Shown here piece by piece: positions 55,001 to 64,000 of a DNA stretch of 64,000 nucleotides (the stretch's first letter is position 1; each line of letters opens with the position of its first letter). Under the pieces are notes generated by a model. That model made no database searches and was not told where the DNA came from. It worked only from the letters and a program-made list of their open reading frames with translations. This stretch comes from Tubulanus polymorphus (lineage: Eukaryota; Animalia; Nemertea): assembly GCF_964204645.1 (NCBI RefSeq), contig NC_134025.1, positions 31,352,299 through 31,416,298 on the forward strand. Reading direction: 5' to 3'. The translations under genes were made by a program, and so were the position numbers.

Positions 55001-58000
55001 TATTTACTGCTGTTGATAATTTGTTATGTAATTGTGTTTGATTTCAGTTGATCCCGACTATGAACACGAGAAGTTGTGTAAAGTCACTCAGTTTCAGTGT
55101 AGAAATAAAAAGAAATGCATTGATAAATCGGAGCGTTGTAATAATAAACCGGACTGTCCCGACAAGTCAGACGAGGAGAACTGTACCAGTAAGTTGAGAT
55201 CACAGATATTTCCTTCGTAACAAAACAGCTCATACAGCAGATGTGGTGGTATGTCTGAGTGGTTGGTTTCATAAACTGGGTATCATCAAGGGATTAATTC
55301 TAAACCTTGACTTGGTTTTATAGACTGGGTATCACAGTTCTTGCGTTAAATCCTTAACCTCGGACCCTGTGATCAAAGTAATCTAATAACTATCGAAGTA
55401 AAAAGAATCCATGATTATGACTGATAAATTTCAGAATGTTTTGAAATCGGCTTCTGATTTATTAAAGAAAGTTTTTGTTGTTGTATTTGAAACAGAAACC
55501 TGTAAGAATCCAGACGCGGAATATATGTGTAAAACTGATGGAACTTGTATTCATAAACGATGGTTATGCGATGGAGAAAATGATTGTAAATCGGGAGAAG
55601 ATGAACTCAATTCCACCTGTCACGGTTAGTAGTTGGATGAGCCTTCTCGGTAGAGCATGCAGAGAGAAACTTCACTGGAACCAAAACCTTTGTTTTAAAT
55701 GTCAAAATCTTACTCCTTTTCAAGTCCTAATTGTCTCTGTAAAAATGTAGGCATTGATCTGGAATATTAAAGGTCTTTTTTGTAAGCAAATTGGACGCAA
55801 TGAAAATCCTGAAGGAAATTTTGCACCAGATACCAACTACCGCTATGCGCTGTAACATAGAATAGTAAAGTAATGGAAAAGTCTATTATTAACGTGAAGA
55901 GTTTTGGAGATTTTGACATATTTGATTGTTAGATTAGTGGAATTTCACGTCCTGTTAGATGTTTTGGTGGTATATCGATGGGTTACAATTCTACATATTG
56001 TATGAATATTTATGTATGTATGTAGGGTTCCGATGTCCATTGAATCATACTCGTTGTGCTGATAGTGGTAGATGTATCCCTAATGAATGGAAATGTGATA
56101 CAGAACCAGATTGTGATGATGCATCAGATGAACCGGATACATGTGGTAAGTTCAGTATCATTGACTTCCCAAAATCAGCCGTCCTTAACTATTCCCGATT
56201 TTCTGGATCTAGTTCCACTGTCAGATTCAAGATTCTTAATGTGAAATTAGAAAATGAACTGATCTTAACTCAGCACTGTGGAACTGGATCCTGTATTCAT
56301 TACTATTTTGGCCCCTTGATTAGCGGTTGATTTGAATAAAAAGGTGAAAGGTTTTACTGAGGGTCTTACCCCCTTGATTACTGATTGATTTAAGCAGAAA
56401 TATGAAATATGTTACTGAGGGTCTTACTGCATCTTGATAACTGATTTATTTAGGAACATTAGTTTCATATTTCCAGTAAAATCAAGCCACCACCAGTTGC
56501 TGATATAACTCTGTAAAATCTAACACTAATACATTCTATTTTATAGTATATCCGGAATGTATGCCATACGAGTTCCGGTGTAAAAATGGCCGCTGTATCG
56601 ATATATCTCATCACTGTGACCGTGACAATGATTGTAGAGATAATTCCGATGAGGTTCGTAATTTACTCTCGATTTATTAAAACCGATACGATCTCCGTGG
56701 AAACTGATGATAATGATTGAATTGAATTGTAGGAGAATTGTACGTATTCTTGTAAAGAAGGTGAATTCGAATGTAAAAGATTTGCGAAACAACCGAAGAA
56801 ATGTATTTCGCACAGTAAGAGATGTGACTCGGTTAATGATTGTCCAAACGGTGATGATGAAGAAAATTGTGGTAAGTTTTAATTCAGATTATCAGATTCA
56901 TCAATAATCACAGTTCATTACAGCTGTATCACTTGGAAGTGTTCTCATTGGTCAGACTCTCGTCAATCCTGGTTTCATGGATTTCAATGTTGGTGTTGGT
57001 TAAATTTCTTCTCTGCTCTCTTCCCCTTAAACTACGAACATTCATAAACCTGCTAATACATGTAACAGCCTGAACGGTGCTCAGTTAGTTGAGGGGGAAC
57101 CTGCTTATAACACCCTGAAGGATGAAGAAAATTCACTTCACTGATTTGGTTAAAATTTTTGTTGAAATGAAAGATACAACTGTCCAATTAAGCGTCTGCA
57201 CAGTCAGCTATAGTAACTTTACTCATCTGTAATGAAAGTTCTCTGGTCTCATGGTGATATTTTCTATATTCTATAAACTCTGAACCGAATAATGAGATCG
57301 AATTGTTTGTATTTTAGAATTAGTAACAGGAAACGGTTGTGAGAAAGATGAGTTTGAATGTGGAGATGGATTTTGTATTCCGATCACTTGGAAATGCGAC
57401 GGAACGGCAGATTGTCACGGAGAAGAGGATGAAAATCTTACAGTCTGTACATGTATGTATTAAACTACATGCGTCTGCCTGTCTGTGTCCAGATAGACAG
57501 TTCTGAGGAGCTGGCTTATGGACCCAAGAGTGAACAGAATTTTAGTAATATGTGTTGTAATTAACTTATTTCAACTCCAAATTGAATTTAAGTGAGAAAT
57601 CTGGAACTGATTCCAGGATCATATTTCACAAAAAGGTTTGACTCTAAAATCGATTGAATTTCTTCCCTAATTCAGCACAGATTAAGGAGTTCATTCTGTT
57701 TGTGAAACTGATCTCCCTCTCTGCTACAGGTCTCAGGAAACTCAGGTTAGATTTAAACTTGTTTGTTTGAATGTAAGTTGTTTATTTTGTAGCGTTTAAA
57801 TGTCCGGAACATTCGTTTCAATGTAACACGACCGAGAAACGTTGTATAGAAAGAGATCGAATTTGTGACGGTAGAAACGACTGCGGAGACGATTCTGATG
57901 AACAAAACTGTACCAGATTAACAACCACTTCTCGTAAGATTAAATTCCATCAGAGACACTCTCTGAAAATAGTTTACTGTCCCCTGATTGTCAGGAACAG

Positions 58001-61000
58001 TCTCTGAAGATAGTTTACTGTCTCCTGAGTAACTAGTTGAAGTAATGTTGATTATATTTTTCACACAGCTGATAGTTGTGCTTACCCAAAACACTTGTGT
58101 AGTGATGACTCAACAACGTGCGTCAATGCAGAAAGTTTATGTGATGGAAATTTCGATTGTGATAATGGTGAAGATGAGTTGGCTATTCATTGCGGTGAGT
58201 TATTCAGTAAATAGTTTATAATCAATGTCAAAAACCATTCGTTAAGATATGAAAGTGATTAGTGTATTTTGGTGATAAACGCGGTATTTGAACGTATTTG
58301 AAGATTGATGATTTGTATTTTATGTTAGTGCGAAGATCTTGCAGTGATTGGGGAATCTGTAGTCAATTGTGTCGAAGGAATTATAAAGGTCAACCGAGGT
58401 GTAAATGTTTACCCGGATATCGACTGGCCAGAGATGGATTCACTTGTAATTCAGAAGGTTAGTTTTAGTTCATACATATTTGATTCTGTAGTTGTGAGTT
58501 AAGCGTCAACTTTGAGTTAAGATAAACAACATGTTTATATGCTGTATCTTGTTGTATGACTTGGTAAACAACATGTTTATATTCTGTATCTTGTTGTATG
58601 ACTTGGTAAACAACATGTTTATATTCTGTATCTTGTTGTATGTATAGGTAAAGAACATGTTTATATCCTGTATTCAAATCGTCATGAGATGCGTCGTTTA
58701 AACGTTCACGACGACACGTATGTCTCTCTCATCTCCGGATTACTGAATACCGTCGCCCTCGACTACCACTACGACAATGAGATGATATTCTGGACGGATG
58801 TCGTCGAGGATAAAATTTACAGCGGAAAAATGATTAATAATTGTAAGTAGAAAAATATAACGCAGCAGTCAGGGACTCCGGAGTCAGGGGGTCGGGAGTC
58901 CTGTGTAGATTTAAGTGCGATAGTTTGGTGAAAGGTTGTGTACATATGTGTGTGCGTGTGTGATTTCCATGGGTACCAGGGCCATGCTTTATGGTTACAA
59001 GTTTTTAACTTATCCTGGTATCCATCGACTTATATTACATTACCATATTATCATCTGTAATTTTCTAATGTAATTTAATTCGTAAATAAAGAATTTCAAT
59101 TTCAATTTCAATTTACTGATTTCATACGAGCTTTTGCTACAAGTGCATAGAGTAACTTCATTAGTTAAATGAGTAAACGGAAGAAAACAACTGATTTATA
59201 GGGAGAGTGTCACTAATTACAAAATACTGAGTGAGCAGGAGACTTTTCCCAATGAAGCTTGTAATTTCTAATAAAATCTACACAATAGCCTACTACTGAT
59301 ACCTGTTTTACAAGACTAGGTTAGCGTAGGTTTGTAAGGGACACAAAATCATAAAAATCAAACGAAATCTACCAAACAAATAGCCGGGTCAATCCCTATT
59401 TTAAGATCAAAAACATAACTGTTCTAGAGTTCATCTAAATGTGTTTCAAGTGAAAATGTGTTTGATTTGTTTGTAGCTCTTCACAAGATAACACCTATAA
59501 TTGAGAGAGGTTTAGCGATGGCCGAAGGTCTCGCGATTGATTGGATCGGTAATAATATATACTGGGTCGAGAGTCATATCGATCAGATCGAGGCTGCGAA
59601 ATTAAACGGTAGTTTCCGTTCAACAATCATCGGGGGAAATATGACGAGTCCACGAGCGATTGCCCTGGATCCTCGCGTCGGGTAAGAATCCATTTAACTC
59701 ACAAATATTTCATTGAAAATTAGATGTTTTACTAAAAATATAATATGAGATAAAAAACTGAGCTGATTCTGTAGTTCTCGGTCCGGTTCCATAGTTCTCG
59801 GTCCGGTTCCATAGTTCCCAATTCCATTCCACTGTTCTCCTCTATAGAGTTACAAATAATTCTTCACTCAGAACTGTGGAACTGGGTCCAGAACTGTGGA
59901 ACTGGGTCCAGAACTGTGGAACTGGTCCAGAACTGTGGAACTGGGTCCAGAACTGTGGAACTGGGTCCAGACCACTAAACACTAAACAAAACTTGGTAAC
60001 TTCAGGGACCAAAGCAATGTTTCTGAATGTGATAATTTAAAATTTGATCTCGTTTGGTTTCAATAAGTTCGAACGTTAAAAATCATTTGAATTGACAGTT
60101 ATTTTCACGGTGATGTTTATATTTCAGGTATATGTTTTGGTCCGATTGGGAATCGTCGAGACCTCGAATAGAAAGAGCTACAATGAGTGGTCACGATCGT
60201 AAAATTATAGTAAATATAAATCAGCACCGAAGTGGAGGATGGCCGAATGGTGTTACTTTAGATTATGATAATGAAAGAGTTTATTGGATCGATGCCAGGT
60301 ATGAACCTCTCGTAGATTCACAATACTAATGGATACATGTTACTTGGGGTGAAAGTTATTATGATTACACAAAAAGTGATCCTGTTGAAAACAGTTCAAA
60401 TCTTCAGGGCCCGGTTTTATAGACTGGTATTACCTTTAACCCGGGGGCTAACTTAATTGAGAATGAATTGAGTCACCCTGGTTTTAAGTAATACCAGTCT
60501 ATAAAACCGCGTCCTGAAAAATGTCTAAGGCTGGCTACTGCTATACCTCCTGAGCAGTGGAACTGGGTCCATGTGGAACTGGGTCCACCTGTAACTGTGG
60601 AACTGGGTCCACCAGTAGTTGTGGAACTGGGTCCACCAGTAACTGTGGAACTGGGTCCACCAGTAACTGTGGAACTGAGTCCAGTAACTGTGGAACTGGG
60701 TCCAGTAACTTTGGAACTGAGTCCACCAGTAACTGGAACTGAGTCCAAGTGGAACTGATTCCACCAGTAGTTGTTGATTTATGTTGTGATGAATATGTTT
60801 AATTATTTGTAGGTCTGATTCTATTCATACGACTGATTATGATGGAGACAAACATCATCTCGTCCTCAGTCAGAATAAATATCTACATCATCCGTTTTCA
60901 TTAACTACATTCGGTAACTGGGTTTACTGGACTGATTGGATCAATAACGCCGTTGTCAAGGTAATACAACAATCATCACATCGTGTGTACTGGTCATATA

Positions 61001-63807
61001 CTGAAATCGTCTAAATTTATAACTTTCTTAACTCAACTGTGGAACTGCGCCCAGTTGACTCACTAGTTGAAATTAGTTCATTTTTCAATGAATCAAATTT
61101 TATTGAATAACTGAAACTGGATGTGAATTATTGATTGTTATTGCAGGGTAATAAATGGAATGGAAGTGACGTGACTGTCGTTCAGAAAATAGTCTCTCAA
61201 CCGTTTAACGTCAGAGTTTATCATCCTAAAATGCAGCCTAAACCTGATATAACACATCCATGTGAGATAAACAATGGAGGATGTCAGTTCATGTGTACTA
61301 TTAAATCAGCTACTGAATCCTGGTGCAGCTGTCCTCATTTAACGGTTCTTAATTCAGACATGAAAACATGTTCAGGTCAGTATGTGTTTGTTAACTGCCT
61401 ACTATGAGTTATTTCAAGAGTTCTGGTTCTTTCACCGGTGGAACTATGAGTTATCTCATAGTTCGAGTTCAGCCAGCATTCCACTATGAGAAATCTCATA
61501 GTTCTAGTTCAGCCATCATTGCCACTATGAGATATCTCATAGTTCCAGTTCAGCCAGCATTGTCAGTATCAGTTATCTCATAGTTGTGGTTCTGTCACTA
61601 TGAGTTCTGATACTTCTTATTCACTGTTAGATATTTGCACTGGAATGACTCAGTTCCTGATTGGCCGACAATGTGATCAAACTCCGCTTCATTCATTCTC
61701 TATACTGGCCAATTTTGAAAAATGGCTGATTAAGTAATATCTGTATTGCCCACTACAAGAGACGACTCAAAGTAGCATGAAGGGATGAAACCTGATGGCA
61801 GTGAAAGTGACGACTATCTGACCTGGGGCCGGTTCCATAGTCAAGACTTAAGACCAAAAAATTGTCTTAAATCTAAAGACTGGTCATAAGTTGTTAGATT
61901 GGCCATAGAACTAAGTTGGTCTTAGAACGGTCTTAAGTCTAAGCCCTGACTATGCAACCGACCCCTAGTTTCCTTATTTAGCTCACTGGTTCATCATTTC
62001 AATGTTTAACAACTTTGTTTCCATCTTCATTGAAATATTTTCTTTTGTTCGTATAATTTTTCTACAGAAAAGAAGGAGTTTATATTGTACAGCAAAACAG
62101 CTGAAATCCGTGGAGTTGAACTCGATCGTCCGGACTACAACACAATTCCGTCGTGGTGTCAACCCGTCATTGATGATCCGATTTCAATAGATTACGATCC
62201 TATCGATGAGAAACTTTACTGGTTGGATCAGAAACACGATACGATGAAGTGTTACATTAAAAGAGCAGATATCGTACCTAAAATAAAGAAAGATTCTGCT
62301 GCGATCGAGGAGATTGTCGCTGATACAGGTTTGTTATACCCCTTAAAACCTGGGGACGGTTACACGGTCAAGGACCACTCTTAGACCATTCGTTCTATAA
62401 CCAACCTAACAACTTTAGACTTGTCTTAGGTTGTTAGATTGGCAAATTGATCCCAATTAGCGCTAACTTAAAGATTTAGGACCACTTACAAGCCTAAAGG
62501 CACTACTCATAACTTATCGGGATCCAATTCCACTGTTGTAAGAAATTTGACTTGAAGTTATAAACATTGGAAATGAAATATTCTAACCCTTGATTTAAAT
62601 AAAACAGTAGAACTGGCTCCTGAAGTCTGAAGTCTTAACTCCTAAAATCTCAACTCCTGGAGTCTCAGCTCGTGGAGTCTCAGCTCTAATCTTTGTTCTG
62701 ATTTTAGATTTGGAAAGTTCTAAAGTGATAGCGGTTGATTGGGTGTCGAGGAATCTGTATTTCACGTCTGAGAGGAATCGTTCTGCTGGTATAACACTGT
62801 GGGTCTCACGTCTGGACGGATCACTTCGCAAACCTTTATTGAACAATCTCAAATATGTAAAATCATTGGCTCTTCATCCTAAAGAAGGGTAAGTCTTCTC
62901 ATTTCAAATTGTTTGTTTCTGAATTGAAGCAGCTATTTTTCTACTGCCTCCCTCAGGCTGGAACTCAGCACTCCTTCAGGCTGCACTCTGCACTCCTTTA
63001 GATATTAGACATTTTATTGGTACACTTTCAAAAACTGATGTCCACACTTCACATGAATTCAGAACTTTACCTGAGAGATTTATATTTGAAAACAAGCTAC
63101 AAATACCAGACTTTAGACATTTTATCAGCACACTTTCAAAAGTGAATGTCAAGAAACTTAATGCCTAAAAGGTGTACATAGATGCATTTGCCCGATTTGT
63201 AAAATTTGATATGAGCTCATTGTAAACTGTAAAAATGATGAAGATTTCTGAAGAATCTGTGGCAAATTGAACCTGATTGTAAAATGTGAATATATTATTG
63301 ATTCAGTTTAATGTACTGGTCGGCGTCTGAAGATAACATAGTATGGAACATATACAGAGCATTCATGGACGGCACTAAAATAGAACGCATCACAAACTTC
63401 AATTCATCATCATCAAAACAGTTCATTACTGGTAACATTATCATCGAGATTTAAATCTCAAATCATCATCTCACACATTCGATAATTCATTCGAGATCTC
63501 ATTTCAGATATCACCGTTGATTCCGATAATGAGAATCTATTTTGGATATTATCGGACGGTATTTCGAAAAGTTGCGTTCAACGAATATCGACGAGTTCAT
63601 CGTCTCTGTCCGCTGTCGTTACCAACGTTACCGCTTTAAACGGTCGAAACGTACGAGCGTTAGCCGTTTATGGAAATAAGATTTATTACGCTTTAGAGCG
63701 GAGCATTCGCGCGTATGATTTATCTGGTTCTGCTACTGATAAATTAGTTCAAGCGAGAGCTGATAAAATACATGAGCTGAAAATATTTCACATCAAGGGT
63801 AAAAAAG
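36567..63807 (+). CDS. LRP1: LDL receptor-related protein 1 (LRP1/LRP1B-type), 5' part; continues beyond the window
   Basis: 34 phase-consistent exons: 36567-36654 (signal peptide), 38199-38333 and 45942-46073 (2 LDLa), 46571-46693 and 47083-47208 (2 EGF), 47536-47687, 48674-48755, 48934-49129, 49312-49534, 49962-50145 (propeller), 50572-50712 (EGF), 51240-51488, 51899-52070, 52611-52842, 53855-54041 (YWTD propeller), 54275-54403 (EGF), 55048-55188, 55496-55624, 56026-56145, 56547-56653, 56733-56871, 57318-57452, 57793-57933, 58069-58194 (8 LDLa), 58329-58457 (EGF), 58648-58842, 59477-59681, 60128-60298, 60813-60960, 61147-61375, 62068-62328, 62708-62888, 63307-63431, 63508-63798/63807. The 2-then-8 ligand-binding cluster layout is that of LRP1. 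Confidence 0.93.
38481..38722. repeat. ~57-bp minisatellite, about 4 copies
   Basis: cccaggccaggcaaactgattcctctgttttacagactggtcaagcttgattgca in tandem. Confidence 0.9.
40180..40510. repeat. dispersed ~115-bp repeat: 3 tandem copies here and 2 at about 51580-51820
   Basis: Shared ctggtgacRagtgacacaaggaacctcttg...aaacagccctcactgaggatatcttataatttaatcaggga; likely transposon-internal. Confidence 0.75.
40652..40693 (+). other. candidate 42-nt symmetrical cassette exon of LRP1 ([14 protein letters not shown])
   Basis: Acceptor ctcaccgactctttctcacag and donor CAG|GTTGGT; phase 1-1 and open in the LRP1 frame. Confidence 0.5.
43087..43440. repeat. 40-bp minisatellite, about 9 copies
   Basis: ctctcYtacaacaccagcacaaacagcccccctcaatgat in near-perfect tandem. 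Confidence 0.95.
44578..44740. repeat. 30-bp minisatellite, about 5 copies
   Basis: aatctcaatagccaagaatctSaactctac units. Confidence 0.88.
44929..45120. repeat. ~40-bp minisatellite, about 5 copies
   Basis: ggatcaggatcaggtactRtgagggggagggtcagctgct units. Confidence 0.88.
45525..45768. repeat. 47-bp tandem repeat derived from MITE-internal sequence
   Basis: gaccagtctaagctcattttagttctataaccaatctggcaacttaa x5; the same motif is inside the elements at 19194 and 61826 and at 42890-43000. Confidence 0.85.
47836..48405. repeat. 69-bp minisatellite, about 8 copies
   Basis: atagtcatcttcaggaatactgtattccttgagctagtgtagtttattcaacgtttcSactatatcct in tandem. Confidence 0.95.
53321..53790. mobile_element. 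element bounded by 33-bp inverted repeats and containing a 25-bp x14 array (possible Penelope-like pLTR/retrozyme relic)
   Basis: Arms 53321-53353 and 53758-53790 match at 31/33 as reverse complements; array 53355-53704; no target duplication seen. Confidence 0.55.
53676..53725 (+). ncRNA. minimal type I hammerhead ribozyme-like motif
   Basis: aggag(tacg)c-CTGATGA-t-ggctaac-agtt-gttagcc-GAAA-c-GTC-gctcct: intact core boxes, 7-bp stem II, bulged 6-bp stem I, and stem III reduced to the palindrome ACGT. Confidence 0.6.
54635..54796. mobile_element. MITE (gggcccggtttcatagac...ctatgaaacccagccc)
   Basis: Close second copy at about 52343-52501 and a degenerate one at about 29465-29613. A sister element with the same termini is at about 60407-60514. 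Confidence 0.75.
58522..58673 (+). repeat. 42-bp tandem repeat whose last copy is the acceptor and start of LRP1 exon 26
   Basis: ggtaaacaacatgtttatattctgtatcttgttgtatgactt x3 resolves into tgtatag|GTAAAGAACATGTTTATATCCTGTAT. Confidence 0.85.
59869..59970. repeat. 20-bp tandem array of a MITE terminal motif
   Basis: agaactgtggaactgggtcc x5. Confidence 0.88.
60556..60770. repeat. 21-24-bp tandem array of a MITE terminal motif
   Basis: aactgtggaactgggtccaccagt-like units, about 9 copies; source of the overlapping repetitive ORFs 60473-60764. Confidence 0.88.
61826..61964. mobile_element. MITE (gggccggttccatagtc...gactatgcaaccgaccc)
   Basis: Imperfect TIRs; the internal ttaagaccag/tagattggYtatagaac motif is shared with 19194 and many relics. 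Confidence 0.75.
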
Positions 63808-63831
63808 GTGTGTTATTGATTTATTTAATAA

Positions 63832-64000
63832 GAGAAAGAAAGAAGGAGGAGAGGGAGGGAGGATGGAGAAAGGGAGGGAAAGAAGAGAGAGGGATTGAGG
63901 GAGAGGGAGAGGAAGAGAAGAGGTAATGTGAGAGGGAAGAGGGAGAGATTGAGGGAGAGGGAGAGGAAGAGAAGAGGTAATGTGAGAGGGAAGAGGGAGA
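63832..64000. repeat. GA-rich tandem repeat at the window end
   Basis: Purine-rich ~55-bp duplication in LRP1 intron 34. Confidence 0.8.

Noticed and set aside
60473-60764. Overlapping repetitive ORFs on both strands
   Set aside because: Tandem copies of a MITE terminal motif in an LRP1 intron.

Overview
Eukaryotic, intron-rich, AT-rich animal DNA, probably an invertebrate bilaterian (species cannot be read from the sequence). Three protein-coding genes could be assembled by hand exon by exon with consistent phases. They are a complete cornichon homologue CNIH4 (+, 23066-24795, 5 exons, 154 aa, intron 1 of U12 type), a complete WDR26 (-, 35321-29273, 14 exons, 584 aa from the first ATG) and the first 34 exons of an LRP1-type LDL-receptor-family gene (+, from 36567 off the window end), which lies head-to-head with WDR26. 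The left 22 kb has no long coding region. It holds three identical tRNA-Asn(GTT) genes, clusters of transcription-factor-like sites and candidate alternative first exons of an unidentified minus-strand gene. Introns are full of minisatellites and small non-autonomous DNA transposons. The main leads are: (1) an ATG-less in-frame N-terminal extension of WDR26 (TASLESSGSSSEDGGANSPRPPRKKLRV, with a Kozak-context CTG) that resembles the non-AUG extension recalled for human WDR26; (2) a minimal hammerhead-ribozyme motif ending a 14-unit CUGAUGA array inside a 33-bp inverted repeat in an LRP1 intron; (3) tail-to-tail CNIH4-WDR26 linkage as in human; (4) three independent minisatellites built from duplicated exon-intron junctions. 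All homology statements come from recognition, not from database searches.
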